Shown: piece after piece, positions 53,031 through 59,089 of the stretch
Layout of the letters: each line of letters starts with the position of its first letter
Position numbering within the stretch: the first letter of the stretch is position 1
IMG/VR virus record: IMGVR_UViG_3300002038_000009
Coordinates: 1-59,401 of that record
Origin: a virus
Reading direction: 5' to 3' (one strand)
Length of the DNA stretch: 59,401 nucleotides
Notes under the pieces: generated by a model
The model's input: only the letters and a program-made list of their open reading frames with translations
What the model was told of the DNA's origin: nothing
The model's database searches: none
Translations under genes and position numbers: made by a program

Positions 53031-53320
53031 TACTGCACCACGATCTGGGTTCCGGGCTCTAAGGGCTCAACCATAAAGGTAAAGTTGTGGGATCCTCTCC
53101 AATTAGAGCCTCCGTGCTCACTCGGTTCCGAAAGATTAACTAGTGTGTTGGCGTCTTCATTACCGGTTTCGTATTTTTCCGAAAAATTCTTTACCATCAA
53201 GACCAACGTACCTTCAAAATCAGGATAACCTTGCACAATCACCCCCATCTGATTATTTTTTAACTCCCTTGCAGGTATCAGCTTTTTATTTTGGTCTTTA
53301 CTTAATTTGTATGTTGTCAT
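53030..53320 (-). CDS. hypothetical protein (96 aa from ATG 53320)
   Basis: GGAGG RBS upstream of MTTYKLSKDQ. Confidence 0.65.
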   Translation of the reverse strand: MTTYKLSKDQNKKLIPARELKNNQMGVIVQGYPDFEGTLVLMVKNFSEKYETGNEDANTLVNLSEPSEHGGSNWRGSHNFTFMVEPLEPGTQIVVQ

Positions 53321-53538
53321 GATGCCTCCGGGCAATTTGGTGGTGTTTCCACCGTGGTCATAAATTCTATAATATTTTTATCAACTTTTATACCTTTTAT
53401 ACCTTTTACCGTAGCTGTCTGTCTGGGATACACTAGGGTAAAACCTGTCCTAGTATCACATATCTCAGTGAATACTAGTGAACGGCCGGGAACCTTCTTC
53501 CAAAGGCCTATTCCGAAATCAGGGTTTGTTATACTCAT
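53317..53538 (-). CDS. hypothetical protein (73 aa from ATG 53538)
   Basis: ATGA overlaps at both ends. Confidence 0.6.
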   Translation of the reverse strand: MSITNPDFGIGLWKKVPGRSLVFTEICDTRTGFTLVYPRQTATVKGIKGIKVDKNIIEFMTTVETPPNCPEAS

Positions 53539-53993
53539 GAGGACGGCACCCATTCGCCACTTCCACCACAATCGGTACAGGTTACATTACTGTAGATCAT
53601 TGAGTCGTGTCCGGTTCGTCTAACAGGTACATTATGTTGTCCTATGCCATCACACGCATCACAGGTCTGGTACCAGTAGCGTTCTTCCCGGTTGTAGATC
53701 CAGTTGTCTACTTTACCTACTGACTGGGGGCGGTCCTCTACCCAGATATCGACATCTATATCATGCTTGTCACGCATGTAAGGGTCTTTATCAGTGCCCT
53801 CGGTGTAGAATACCTCTAAGTCTAGGTTTGGATTGATCGTAACTGGCTCGTTATCGCCTCGGGCAGTCACTATGATAACCTTGTGTCCGTTCTGTTGGAA
53901 CTCACTTATGATGAGGTCAAAGGTAGCCGGATCAGCCGAGTAAGTTCCGTCATAATCAACTGATATGATCATCGGTCTTTCGATAATACTCAT
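53535..53993 (-). CDS. HAD-superfamily phosphatase (nucleotidase-like) fused to a CxxCxGxG zinc finger
   Basis: VDYDGT (motif I), IIVTARG (II), DIWVEDRP (IV). C-terminal CDACDGIGQ...CTDCGGSGEW. Confidence 0.6.
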   Translation of the reverse strand: MSIIERPMIISVDYDGTYSADPATFDLIISEFQQNGHKVIIVTARGDNEPVTINPNLDLEVFYTEGTDKDPYMRDKHDIDVDIWVEDRPQSVGKVDNWIYNREERYWYQTCDACDGIGQHNVPVRRTGHDSMIYSNVTCTDCGGSGEWVPSS

Positions 53994-53994
53994 T

Positions 53995-54171
53995 TTAAGT
54001 TACCCTCAATAAACATAATTCATGATATATAATTTGATCGATAAGTTCCTCGCGTTCGGCCACTAAGCGGTCAACCGCCAGTCCGAAATCAAGTCCCCTG
54101 CGCTCCTTCTGTACGGCCGCGAGTGCAATTTGTCTCTCAACCGTTTTTAATCTTTGCTCTAGTGTTTTCAT
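53995..54171 (-). CDS. coiled-coil small protein (58 aa), possibly translated from a leaderless mRNA
   Basis: Manual translation gives MKTLEQRLKTVERQIALAAVQKERRGLDFGLAVDRLVAEREELIDQIIYHELCLLRVT. There is no SD. The -10 element ends 6 nt upstream of the ATG. Confidence 0.5.
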   Translation of the reverse strand: MKTLEQRLKTVERQIALAAVQKERRGLDFGLAVDRLVAEREELIDQIIYHELCLLRVT

Positions 54172-54177
54172 GGTTCT

Positions 54178-54206
54178 AATTTAACACGAGTGCAACTTGT
54201 TGTAAA
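54178..54206 (-). promoter_or_regulatory. candidate sigma70 promoter (TTTACA-N17-TAAATT) on the minus strand
   Basis: -35 at 54206-54201 and -10 at 54183-54178. The AGTGCAACTT motif lies in the spacer. Confidence 0.5.
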
Positions 54207-54263
54207 GTATTATTTTACATAGTATTCCCATGCGGTGTAACCACCAAATCACCAAATCACCGT

Positions 54264-54297
54264 ATAAAAACCCACTCCCGACCACAGAGAGTGGGTT
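54264..54297 (-). terminator. Rho-independent terminator (minus strand)
   Basis: Read on the minus strand: CCCACTC-loop-GAGTGGG followed by TTTTTAT, 40 nt after the stop of 54339-54767. Confidence 0.7.
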
Positions 54298-54338
54298 AGC
54301 CTAACCGCCACCATAGCGGTTAACATAGGCAGGATTGC

Positions 54339-54767
54339 CTAATTCTTTTCACCACCTTCCGGTAGCATTGCTTTTAGTTTTCGTACAAGCATTGTTAATA
54401 CATGTTCTGCATCTGCACATTGCTTTCTATCCACTGGTTGGACCATAGAACCTGCATAACCAGATTGTGTTGATCTGAAAAATTCAACAGCCTCCACCAT
54501 ACCCCTAGCAATAGACTCCCAGTCTGGTTCTTGGATGTCTTCAGAGAAATGGTCAACCGCCTTAGCGTATATCTGTTTAATCGTTGTCCAGCTTATATTT
54601 GCGTATATGTCTACCTCTCCTGACCCGTGACACGCCTCGCATTCTCCCCCATACCCATCACACTCAGGACATTGAACCTCACCTGCAAACTCCTTAAATT
54701 CGCCAATCATAAGGCCTTTAGCACCATTTTCGGCGGTCAAAGCATTGGGCATCAATATCTTTTTCAT
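54339..54767 (-). CDS. protein with a DnaJ-type CxxCxGxG zinc finger (142 aa from ATG 54767)
   Basis: CPECDGYGGECEACHGSGEV. GGGGGAGAA RBS. The ORF track extends to 54860. Confidence 0.6.
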   Translation of the reverse strand: MKKILMPNALTAENGAKGLMIGEFKEFAGEVQCPECDGYGGECEACHGSGEVDIYANISWTTIKQIYAKAVDHFSEDIQEPDWESIARGMVEAVEFFRSTQSGYAGSMVQPVDRKQCADAEHVLTMLVRKLKAMLPEGGEKN

Positions 54768-54893
54768 TTCTCCCCCTTCTCTAGTAGCACTAGCTCGTGC
54801 CGTTGGCAGGGCGCAAGTTGATTCACAGGTGCAGACTTTTGGTATTTTGTCAAATTGCATCTTTCTTCACCTTTGGGTTGTCTGATTGTTTAC

Positions 54894-55163
54894 TCATATC
54901 TTGTCGTAATGCCGCGCAGGGAAACATTTATTGCGGTCATATGCCTCTATCGCAGCGACGCAAAGTGTGGCAGCTTTAAGTAGGTGCTTACGCTGCAAAT
55001 ATGGGGTTGAATCAATTCGAGCAGCATCGCTAGAATACATTGCAATGTATGCCACCCAATCATTCAGAGTATTTTTATCATCAAACGCTTCACCCCATCT
55101 ATCATCCTGGTATTTTCTTTCTTCGCTTATTTCTTCAAGTATATTTTCATGTATTAAGTTCAT
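54894..55163 (-). CDS. small all-alpha protein, weakly MazG-like (89 aa)
   Basis: EERKYQDDRWGEAFDDKNTLNDW pattern. The usual EExxE metal motif is not evident. Confidence 0.55.
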   Translation of the reverse strand: MNLIHENILEEISEERKYQDDRWGEAFDDKNTLNDWVAYIAMYSSDAARIDSTPYLQRKHLLKAATLCVAAIEAYDRNKCFPARHYDKI

Positions 55164-55187
55164 ATTAATATCTCCTATGGACTACAC

Positions 55188-55391
55188 TTAGGTGCTATCC
55201 GGTTTATGGGGTTCAGGCATGGCCATCCAATATTTCACATTTCCCATAATCACGCCCTGAAGATAGAAATCGCCCTCATCAAAACAAAGCTCTAATACAG
55301 TAGATTTTCCAATCTGCCCAATTACGGGAACGCACCTGTTTGAATATCTTTGTTTCGGCAATCTATCTTCAACAGAAATCCAATCACTCAT
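55188..55391 (-). CDS. DUF551-like protein (67 aa)
   Basis: MSDWISVEDRLPK N-terminus typical of DUF551 phage proteins. Confidence 0.65.
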   Translation of the reverse strand: MSDWISVEDRLPKQRYSNRCVPVIGQIGKSTVLELCFDEGDFYLQGVIMGNVKYWMAMPEPHKPDST

Positions 55392-55409
55392 AGCGATACC
55401 TCTTTGGTT
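55361..55409. repeat. 49-bp direct repeat, copy A (gene junction: ...PKRYRYE stop plus the start of the DUF551 gene)
   Basis: Identical to 55618-55666. Confidence 0.95.
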
Positions 55410-55599
55410 GGGCGGCTTGAATCTTGTTTAAAACAATGTCGCAAGCCCAATCAAGGTCACTGCTTTGGTTTATGGTCTGACGCACCAACACATTAGGCCA
55501 ATCCCATATGCGAACCTCAATATCGGCTCTGCCTCGCCAACCTATATCCCAAGTAAGTCCAAGCACTTCTACTTCATCAGCAAAATCGTTAATGTTCAT
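55384..55599 (-). CDS. hypothetical protein (71 aa) inside a 257-bp unit bounded by 49-bp direct repeats
   Basis: ORF track. GAGGA RBS. Confidence 0.6.
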   Translation of the reverse strand: MNINDFADEVEVLGLTWDIGWRGRADIEVRIWDWPNVLVRQTINQSSDLDWACDIVLNKIQAAQPKRYRYE

Positions 55600-55617
55600 T
55601 TAATCCTCTATACGGCT

Positions 55618-55666
55618 ATCTATCTTCAACAGAAATCCAATCACTCATAGCGATACCTCTTTGGTT
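55618..55666. repeat. 49-bp direct repeat, copy B (contains a 10-codon DUF551 start remnant MSDWISVEDR-stop)
   Basis: Identical to 55361-55409. Confidence 0.95.
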
Positions 55667-55677
55667 CTATAGCCAGT

Positions 55678-55959
55678 TTATACGATGCACGGACATGTCC
55701 AAACTGGCTTTGTTCCCTTACCATTTCCTGCCCCGCTATACCAGCATGGGCTATCCAACATTTCTCGCTCCTCGACATGCTCAGGTGGAAATCCAAACCT
55801 AACCCTATCCATGCCGATAGAACTCTGTTTAACTTCCTCACCAAAATACTCAGAGAACATTTCCGCAGCCTCTTGTTTCGAGAAGTTAATACCGCTCAAA
55901 AGCATTTCGCCATTACTGAAATCTACTGGTTCAGAAAACATTTCTTCAAACTTACTCAT
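55678..55959 (-). CDS. hypothetical acidic protein (93 aa)
   Basis: ORF track. Preferred over the overlapping 55641-55844 frame on composition. Confidence 0.55.
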   Translation of the reverse strand: MSKFEEMFSEPVDFSNGEMLLSGINFSKQEAAEMFSEYFGEEVKQSSIGMDRVRFGFPPEHVEEREMLDSPCWYSGAGNGKGTKPVWTCPCIV

Positions 55960-55977
55960 ATCTATTCCTCTGTACGG

Positions 55978-56358
55978 CTATCTAAGTTGATTGGGGTTGC
56001 TGATTAGGTCGAACACGTCAGGTCTGATTTCTGATATACACACCTTTTCTCGATCAATTTGCTCGCTGGTTGGCACACCCTGATTTTTACAGCAGCACGA
56101 GAAATCTATACAGCACTCATTCCTAATTGGGTTATGTAGCGGCCTACCTTTGCACCATTCATTGAACTGAAGAGCCAGACTTTCCGCGTCAGATAGTCCG
56201 ATAAATAAATCGGCACCATCTTTTTGAAGGTAAGACAAGTCCGTATGGGTGCAAGATGGGGCACATACCATTTCTTTTAAATCTGGATCTCTAGAAAATA
56301 TACGCCCAAGTTCGTTGGCTTCTTTAAAGCTAATGCCGCATTTCGCGCATGATTCCAC
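55978..56358 (-). CDS. Cys-rich protein (126 aa)
   Basis: ORF track. Multiple CxxC/CC clusters. Confidence 0.65.
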   Translation of the reverse strand: MESCAKCGISFKEANELGRIFSRDPDLKEMVCAPSCTHTDLSYLQKDGADLFIGLSDAESLALQFNEWCKGRPLHNPIRNECCIDFSCCCKNQGVPTSEQIDREKVCISEIRPDVFDLISNPNQLR

Positions 56359-56360
56359 TT

Positions 56361-56699
56361 CTATCTCTCCTGTGTTAAGACCATGTTCTGGTCATTGGTT
56401 TGGTTTGAATCTAATAATTGAATAAAATTATCCTCCTTTCGAGACACACTAAGACCACAATCTGTGCAGGAGCAACTGTAGTGAACATAAACTGAGGTGC
56501 CGTCTACTCCTACTTCATAATCCTCCCTTAGTGACTCTTCTATCGTGTCTGGTCGAGTATCTAGTTCATGTTTTAGAGTGTAAAAACCATCGATGGGCAT
56601 AGTTCCATATGCTTCCTCTAGCTGCTTTCTTAGGATGGTAGTTTCCTGATTATGTTTTTCCAGGCAATTCGGGCATACAGCCCAATTATCTGCACTCAT
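56361..56699 (-). CDS. zinc-ribbon-like protein (112 aa)
   Basis: CPNC...CSCTDCG. Confidence 0.65.
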   Translation of the reverse strand: MSADNWAVCPNCLEKHNQETTILRKQLEEAYGTMPIDGFYTLKHELDTRPDTIEESLREDYEVGVDGTSVYVHYSCSCTDCGLSVSRKEDNFIQLLDSNQTNDQNMVLTQER

Positions 56700-56819
56700 G
56701 CGGAATACTCCTTAGTTAAAGGGTTTAGGTATTGATCGGCTTTTGCTCATGACCACTACAATTTTACAAAAACTAAAAAATAACAGTGGAAAATCCTAGC
56801 GTGCTTTTGTTCATCTCTG

Positions 56820-57062
56820 CTATGACACATCATCGTCACCGTAACCGCTACCGTCATCGTCATCGTCATCGTAACCGCTACCGCTACCGCTACCGCTACT
56901 GCCACCGTAACCGCCACCGTAACCGCCACCGTAACCGTAACCGTAACAGTAACCGCCACCGCCACCGTAACCGCCACCGCCACCGCCACCGTAACCGCCA
57001 CCGTAACCGCCACCGTAACCGTCACCGATCAAATCATTAAAACTAACTATTTTGGGTTCCAC
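56820..57062 (-). CDS. Gly/Tyr-rich low-complexity protein with a poly-Asp tail (80 aa, GTG start)
   Basis: (M)EPKIVSFNDLIGDGYGGGYGGGYGGGGGGGYGGGGGYCYGYGYGGGYGGGYGGSSGSGSGSGYDDDDDDGSGYGDDDVS. This frame is contiguous with the upstream gene. All three frames are open across the repeat. Confidence 0.5.
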   Translation of the reverse strand: MEPKIVSFNDLIGDGYGGGYGGGYGGGGGGGYGGGGGYCYGYGYGGGYGGGYGGSSGSGSGSGYDDDDDDGSGYGDDDVS

Positions 57063-57430
57063 TCTGTCGCCCCCATAATTGATTCAAAAACATCATCTTC
57101 ACAGAGGCACATTTGAACTAACTGGTACCCGTGAGAATGATCGTTCTTGACTGTTATCCTACTTGAAGATAGGTCTATTGAAGTTTTAGAAATGCCCTCT
57201 ACTGCTCCCGCCTTATCCCAGTAATGTATTTTCCTTGAGACACCGCCGCGCCATTTCATACCATCAATATCGACAAGAGTAGTACAAAAAACACCGGCCT
57301 GATCGTCCCTAACGATAACTTTCTTTCCAATAAAGTCAGCCATCATGTCCCTCGGTTTTGTTTCACACTCCCCTTTAAACATGTTTTTAAGTTGCTTTAA
57401 TTCACCTAATGTTAAATCATCTATGTTCAT
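57047..57430 (-). CDS. hypothetical protein (127 aa)
   Basis: ORF track. Confidence 0.7.
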   Translation of the reverse strand: MNIDDLTLGELKQLKNMFKGECETKPRDMMADFIGKKVIVRDDQAGVFCTTLVDIDGMKWRGGVSRKIHYWDKAGAVEGISKTSIDLSSSRITVKNDHSHGYQLVQMCLCEDDVFESIMGATEWNPK

Positions 57431-57469
57431 CTTTATTTCCTATTGTTAATTTGATAAATAACTCTCTGC

Positions 57470-57495
57470 GAGTCTTCGTGTTTAACTGTCATCTT
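57470..57495. repeat. 26-bp direct repeat, copy 1 (remnant gene start MTVKHEDS...)
   Basis: GAGTCTTCGTGTTTAACTGTCATCTT is identical to 57858-57883. Confidence 0.95.
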
Positions 57496-57532
57496 CAAGC
57501 TCCCATGTTAAAGGTTTTAAATCGAAACATAC

Positions 57533-57880
57533 TCACAGTCCACCCTCCCCATCGTCAGAAATTTCTATGGTTTTTCTGACAACATCGTTAGCAAATTGCT
57601 TTGCTTTAGTGACTAGGCCGCGCTGGGTGTAGCATTTATTGAAGTAGCGGCAGTATTCAACACCACCATGAATAAAATATAGGTTGGATTGGGCATATCC
57701 GTTCGGCTTATGCCAAGCTGTGCTTTCTGCTCTTACAAACCCATGCGGCGTAGCCACTAGAATCCCATGATCCTCGTGATTGTAGCCCTCAAATTGATCA
57801 TAGTCGGTGTTTCTAGGATATCCACCGTAACCCGTTTTAGGATAAAGAGCGTACCGTGAGTCTTCGTGTTTAACTGTCAT
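57533..57880 (-). CDS. hypothetical protein (115 aa)
   Basis: ORF track. GGAGG RBS. Confidence 0.7.
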   Translation of the reverse strand: MTVKHEDSRYALYPKTGYGGYPRNTDYDQFEGYNHEDHGILVATPHGFVRAESTAWHKPNGYAQSNLYFIHGGVEYCRYFNKCYTQRGLVTKAKQFANDVVRKTIEISDDGEGGL

Positions 57881-57883
57881 CTT
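57858..57883. repeat. 26-bp direct repeat, copy 2 (true start of 57533-57880)
   Basis: Identical to 57470-57495. Confidence 0.95.
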
Positions 57884-58071
57884 TCTAAAGCCTCCAGACT
57901 AAACACATTAATAATCGGTTCATCGAAGTTCTCGAATTCCTGCCAGCATGTTTTTCCTGTGTTAAGATCAACAACCCACGCCATTTTATTAGCATCTTTT
58001 ACATCTAAAACGCAAACCCGAATGGTTTCAGATCCTTCCGGATATACGTCTAAAATTTCGCCCTTGTTCAT
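57877..58071 (-). CDS. hypothetical protein (64 aa)
   Basis: ORF track. ATGA overlaps. Confidence 0.65.
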   Translation of the reverse strand: MNKGEILDVYPEGSETIRVCVLDVKDANKMAWVVDLNTGKTCWQEFENFDEPIINVFSLEALER

Positions 58072-58157
58072 CTCTCATCTCCATAGTAATGCGGCATTAA
58101 CGCCACAACGAAAATAGCGGTTATTAGTAATATGTGTTCGTAGCCGAGGTTAGTCAT
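58068..58157 (-). CDS. small hydrophobic peptide candidate (29 aa)
   Basis: Manual translation gives MTNLGYEHILLITAIFVVALMPHYYGDER. ATGA overlap with the next gene. Confidence 0.35.
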   Translation of the reverse strand: MTNLGYEHILLITAIFVVALMPHYYGDER

Positions 58158-58293
58158 GGGCCAATCTCTCCCTAACAGGAAACTTAACTTCAACGTACCC
58201 GCGCTGATAGCGGTGCCTTATTGCTATCGGAATATCGGCCAATGCTTTAGCCATCTTGCGCTCGTGTTCTGCTTGCTTGGTTTGGTTGCTCAT
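58150..58293 (-). CDS. small basic protein candidate (47 aa)
   Basis: GGAGAG RBS. MSNQTKQAEHERKMAKALADIPIAIRHRYQRGYVEVKFPVRERLAHD. It fills the gap after the pentapeptide gene. Confidence 0.45.
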   Translation of the reverse strand: MSNQTKQAEHERKMAKALADIPIAIRHRYQRGYVEVKFPVRERLAHD

Positions 58294-58875
58294 TTAACTC
58301 TCCAATTCCGCTAATCTTTTCATGTCTTCCATAGCCTCGTCATTAAAGCAATGAAAGTCCGGTACTTTTCTTAAATCTGGATCACTGACTAGATATATCA
58401 AGGTTGCTGCTAGCGACGTGCCAAGGGAAGCTTCAAGTTTCGATCCACCCTCGCCAGCTAAGGTTGTTACCCACCCTGCTCGACAATGGGTTGTTTCACA
58501 TGAATGCCACTCATGCATGTTTAATGCGCCCTCCCTAGAAGCTGCCTCATAGACTTCTTTATGTATGTTTTCTATGACAGGTACGTCACTCAGGGCGGCA
58601 AGGCTCAGAATGGTGCCCCTCAGAATGGTGCCTCTCAGGGCGGCAAGGCTCAGGTCGGCACCACTCAGATTGGCATGGCTCAGGTCGGCACCACTCAGGT
58701 CGGCACCACTCAGGTCGGCACCACTCAGATTGGCATGGCTCAGGTCGGCTCCGTTTTTAACCGCCCACTTCACAGCCAAACCAACTTTCTCTGATCTTTC
58801 CGCATTTTCATCACAGTATATATCGGCGGTAACTTGAACGTCGCCGCTAAACCTATTTAGAATATCGAATTTCAT
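58294..58875 (-). CDS. pentapeptide-repeat protein (193 aa)
   Basis: ADLSHANLSGADLSGADLSGADLSHANLSGADLSLAALRGTILRGTILS, encoded by near-perfect 15-nt DNA repeats. The C-terminal domain contains HEWHSCETTHCRAGW. Confidence 0.85.
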   Translation of the reverse strand: MKFDILNRFSGDVQVTADIYCDENAERSEKVGLAVKWAVKNGADLSHANLSGADLSGADLSGADLSHANLSGADLSLAALRGTILRGTILSLAALSDVPVIENIHKEVYEAASREGALNMHEWHSCETTHCRAGWVTTLAGEGGSKLEASLGTSLAATLIYLVSDPDLRKVPDFHCFNDEAMEDMKRLAELES

Positions 58876-58887
58876 TATTCTTCTCCG
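58868..58887. repeat. 20-bp junction repeat AATTTCATTATTCTTCTCCG (second copy at 450-469)
   Basis: Both copies span ...GEE-stop, the RBS and an ATG-AAA-TT gene start. Confidence 0.9.
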
Positions 58888-59072
58888 TCGCCTTCAGCGC
58901 GATAAACTATCTCTTTTATTTTCCCATCAACAACATGGCACCAATTCCATTCTTTCTTACATTTCTGGGCTTGTCTTTTAGCGTCATCTAAGTCGTCAAA
59001 GTCATTAATAAAATCATCAAATCCCCCGCAAGGGTAATAAAGGTCGCTACTAAATAATAAAAATCTTTTCAT
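58875..59072 (-). CDS. hypothetical protein (65 aa)
   Basis: ORF track. Confidence 0.65.
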   Translation of the reverse strand: MKRFLLFSSDLYYPCGGFDDFINDFDDLDDAKRQAQKCKKEWNWCHVVDGKIKEIVYRAEGDGEE

Positions 59073-59089
59073 TGTCTTAAATCCTATGG

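Noticed and set aside
55641-55844. 67-aa ORF ending ...IEPKRYRYE
   Set aside because: Its C-terminus is simply the translation of the 49-bp direct repeat. The rest overlaps the more protein-like 55678-55959 ORF in another frame. It may be a relic of the pre-insertion reading frame, but it is unlikely to be a current gene.
56756-57040. ORFs 56756-57025 (-) (VAVTVAVT...) and 56786-57040 (+) (HRHRNRYR...) across the ACCGCC/ACCGTA repeat
   Set aside because: All frames are open in this simple repeat. Only the 56820-57062 frame is contiguous with the upstream gene and ends in non-repetitive sequence. The other two have no plausible start context.
58561-58837. Plus-strand ORFs across the pentapeptide-repeat DNA, and the idea that the 15-nt periodic repeats might be a CRISPR-like array
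   Set aside because: The repeats are contiguous with no spacers. They are in frame, and on the minus strand they encode a textbook A(D/N)LSx pentapeptide-repeat protein. The plus-strand ORFs are mirror artefacts.
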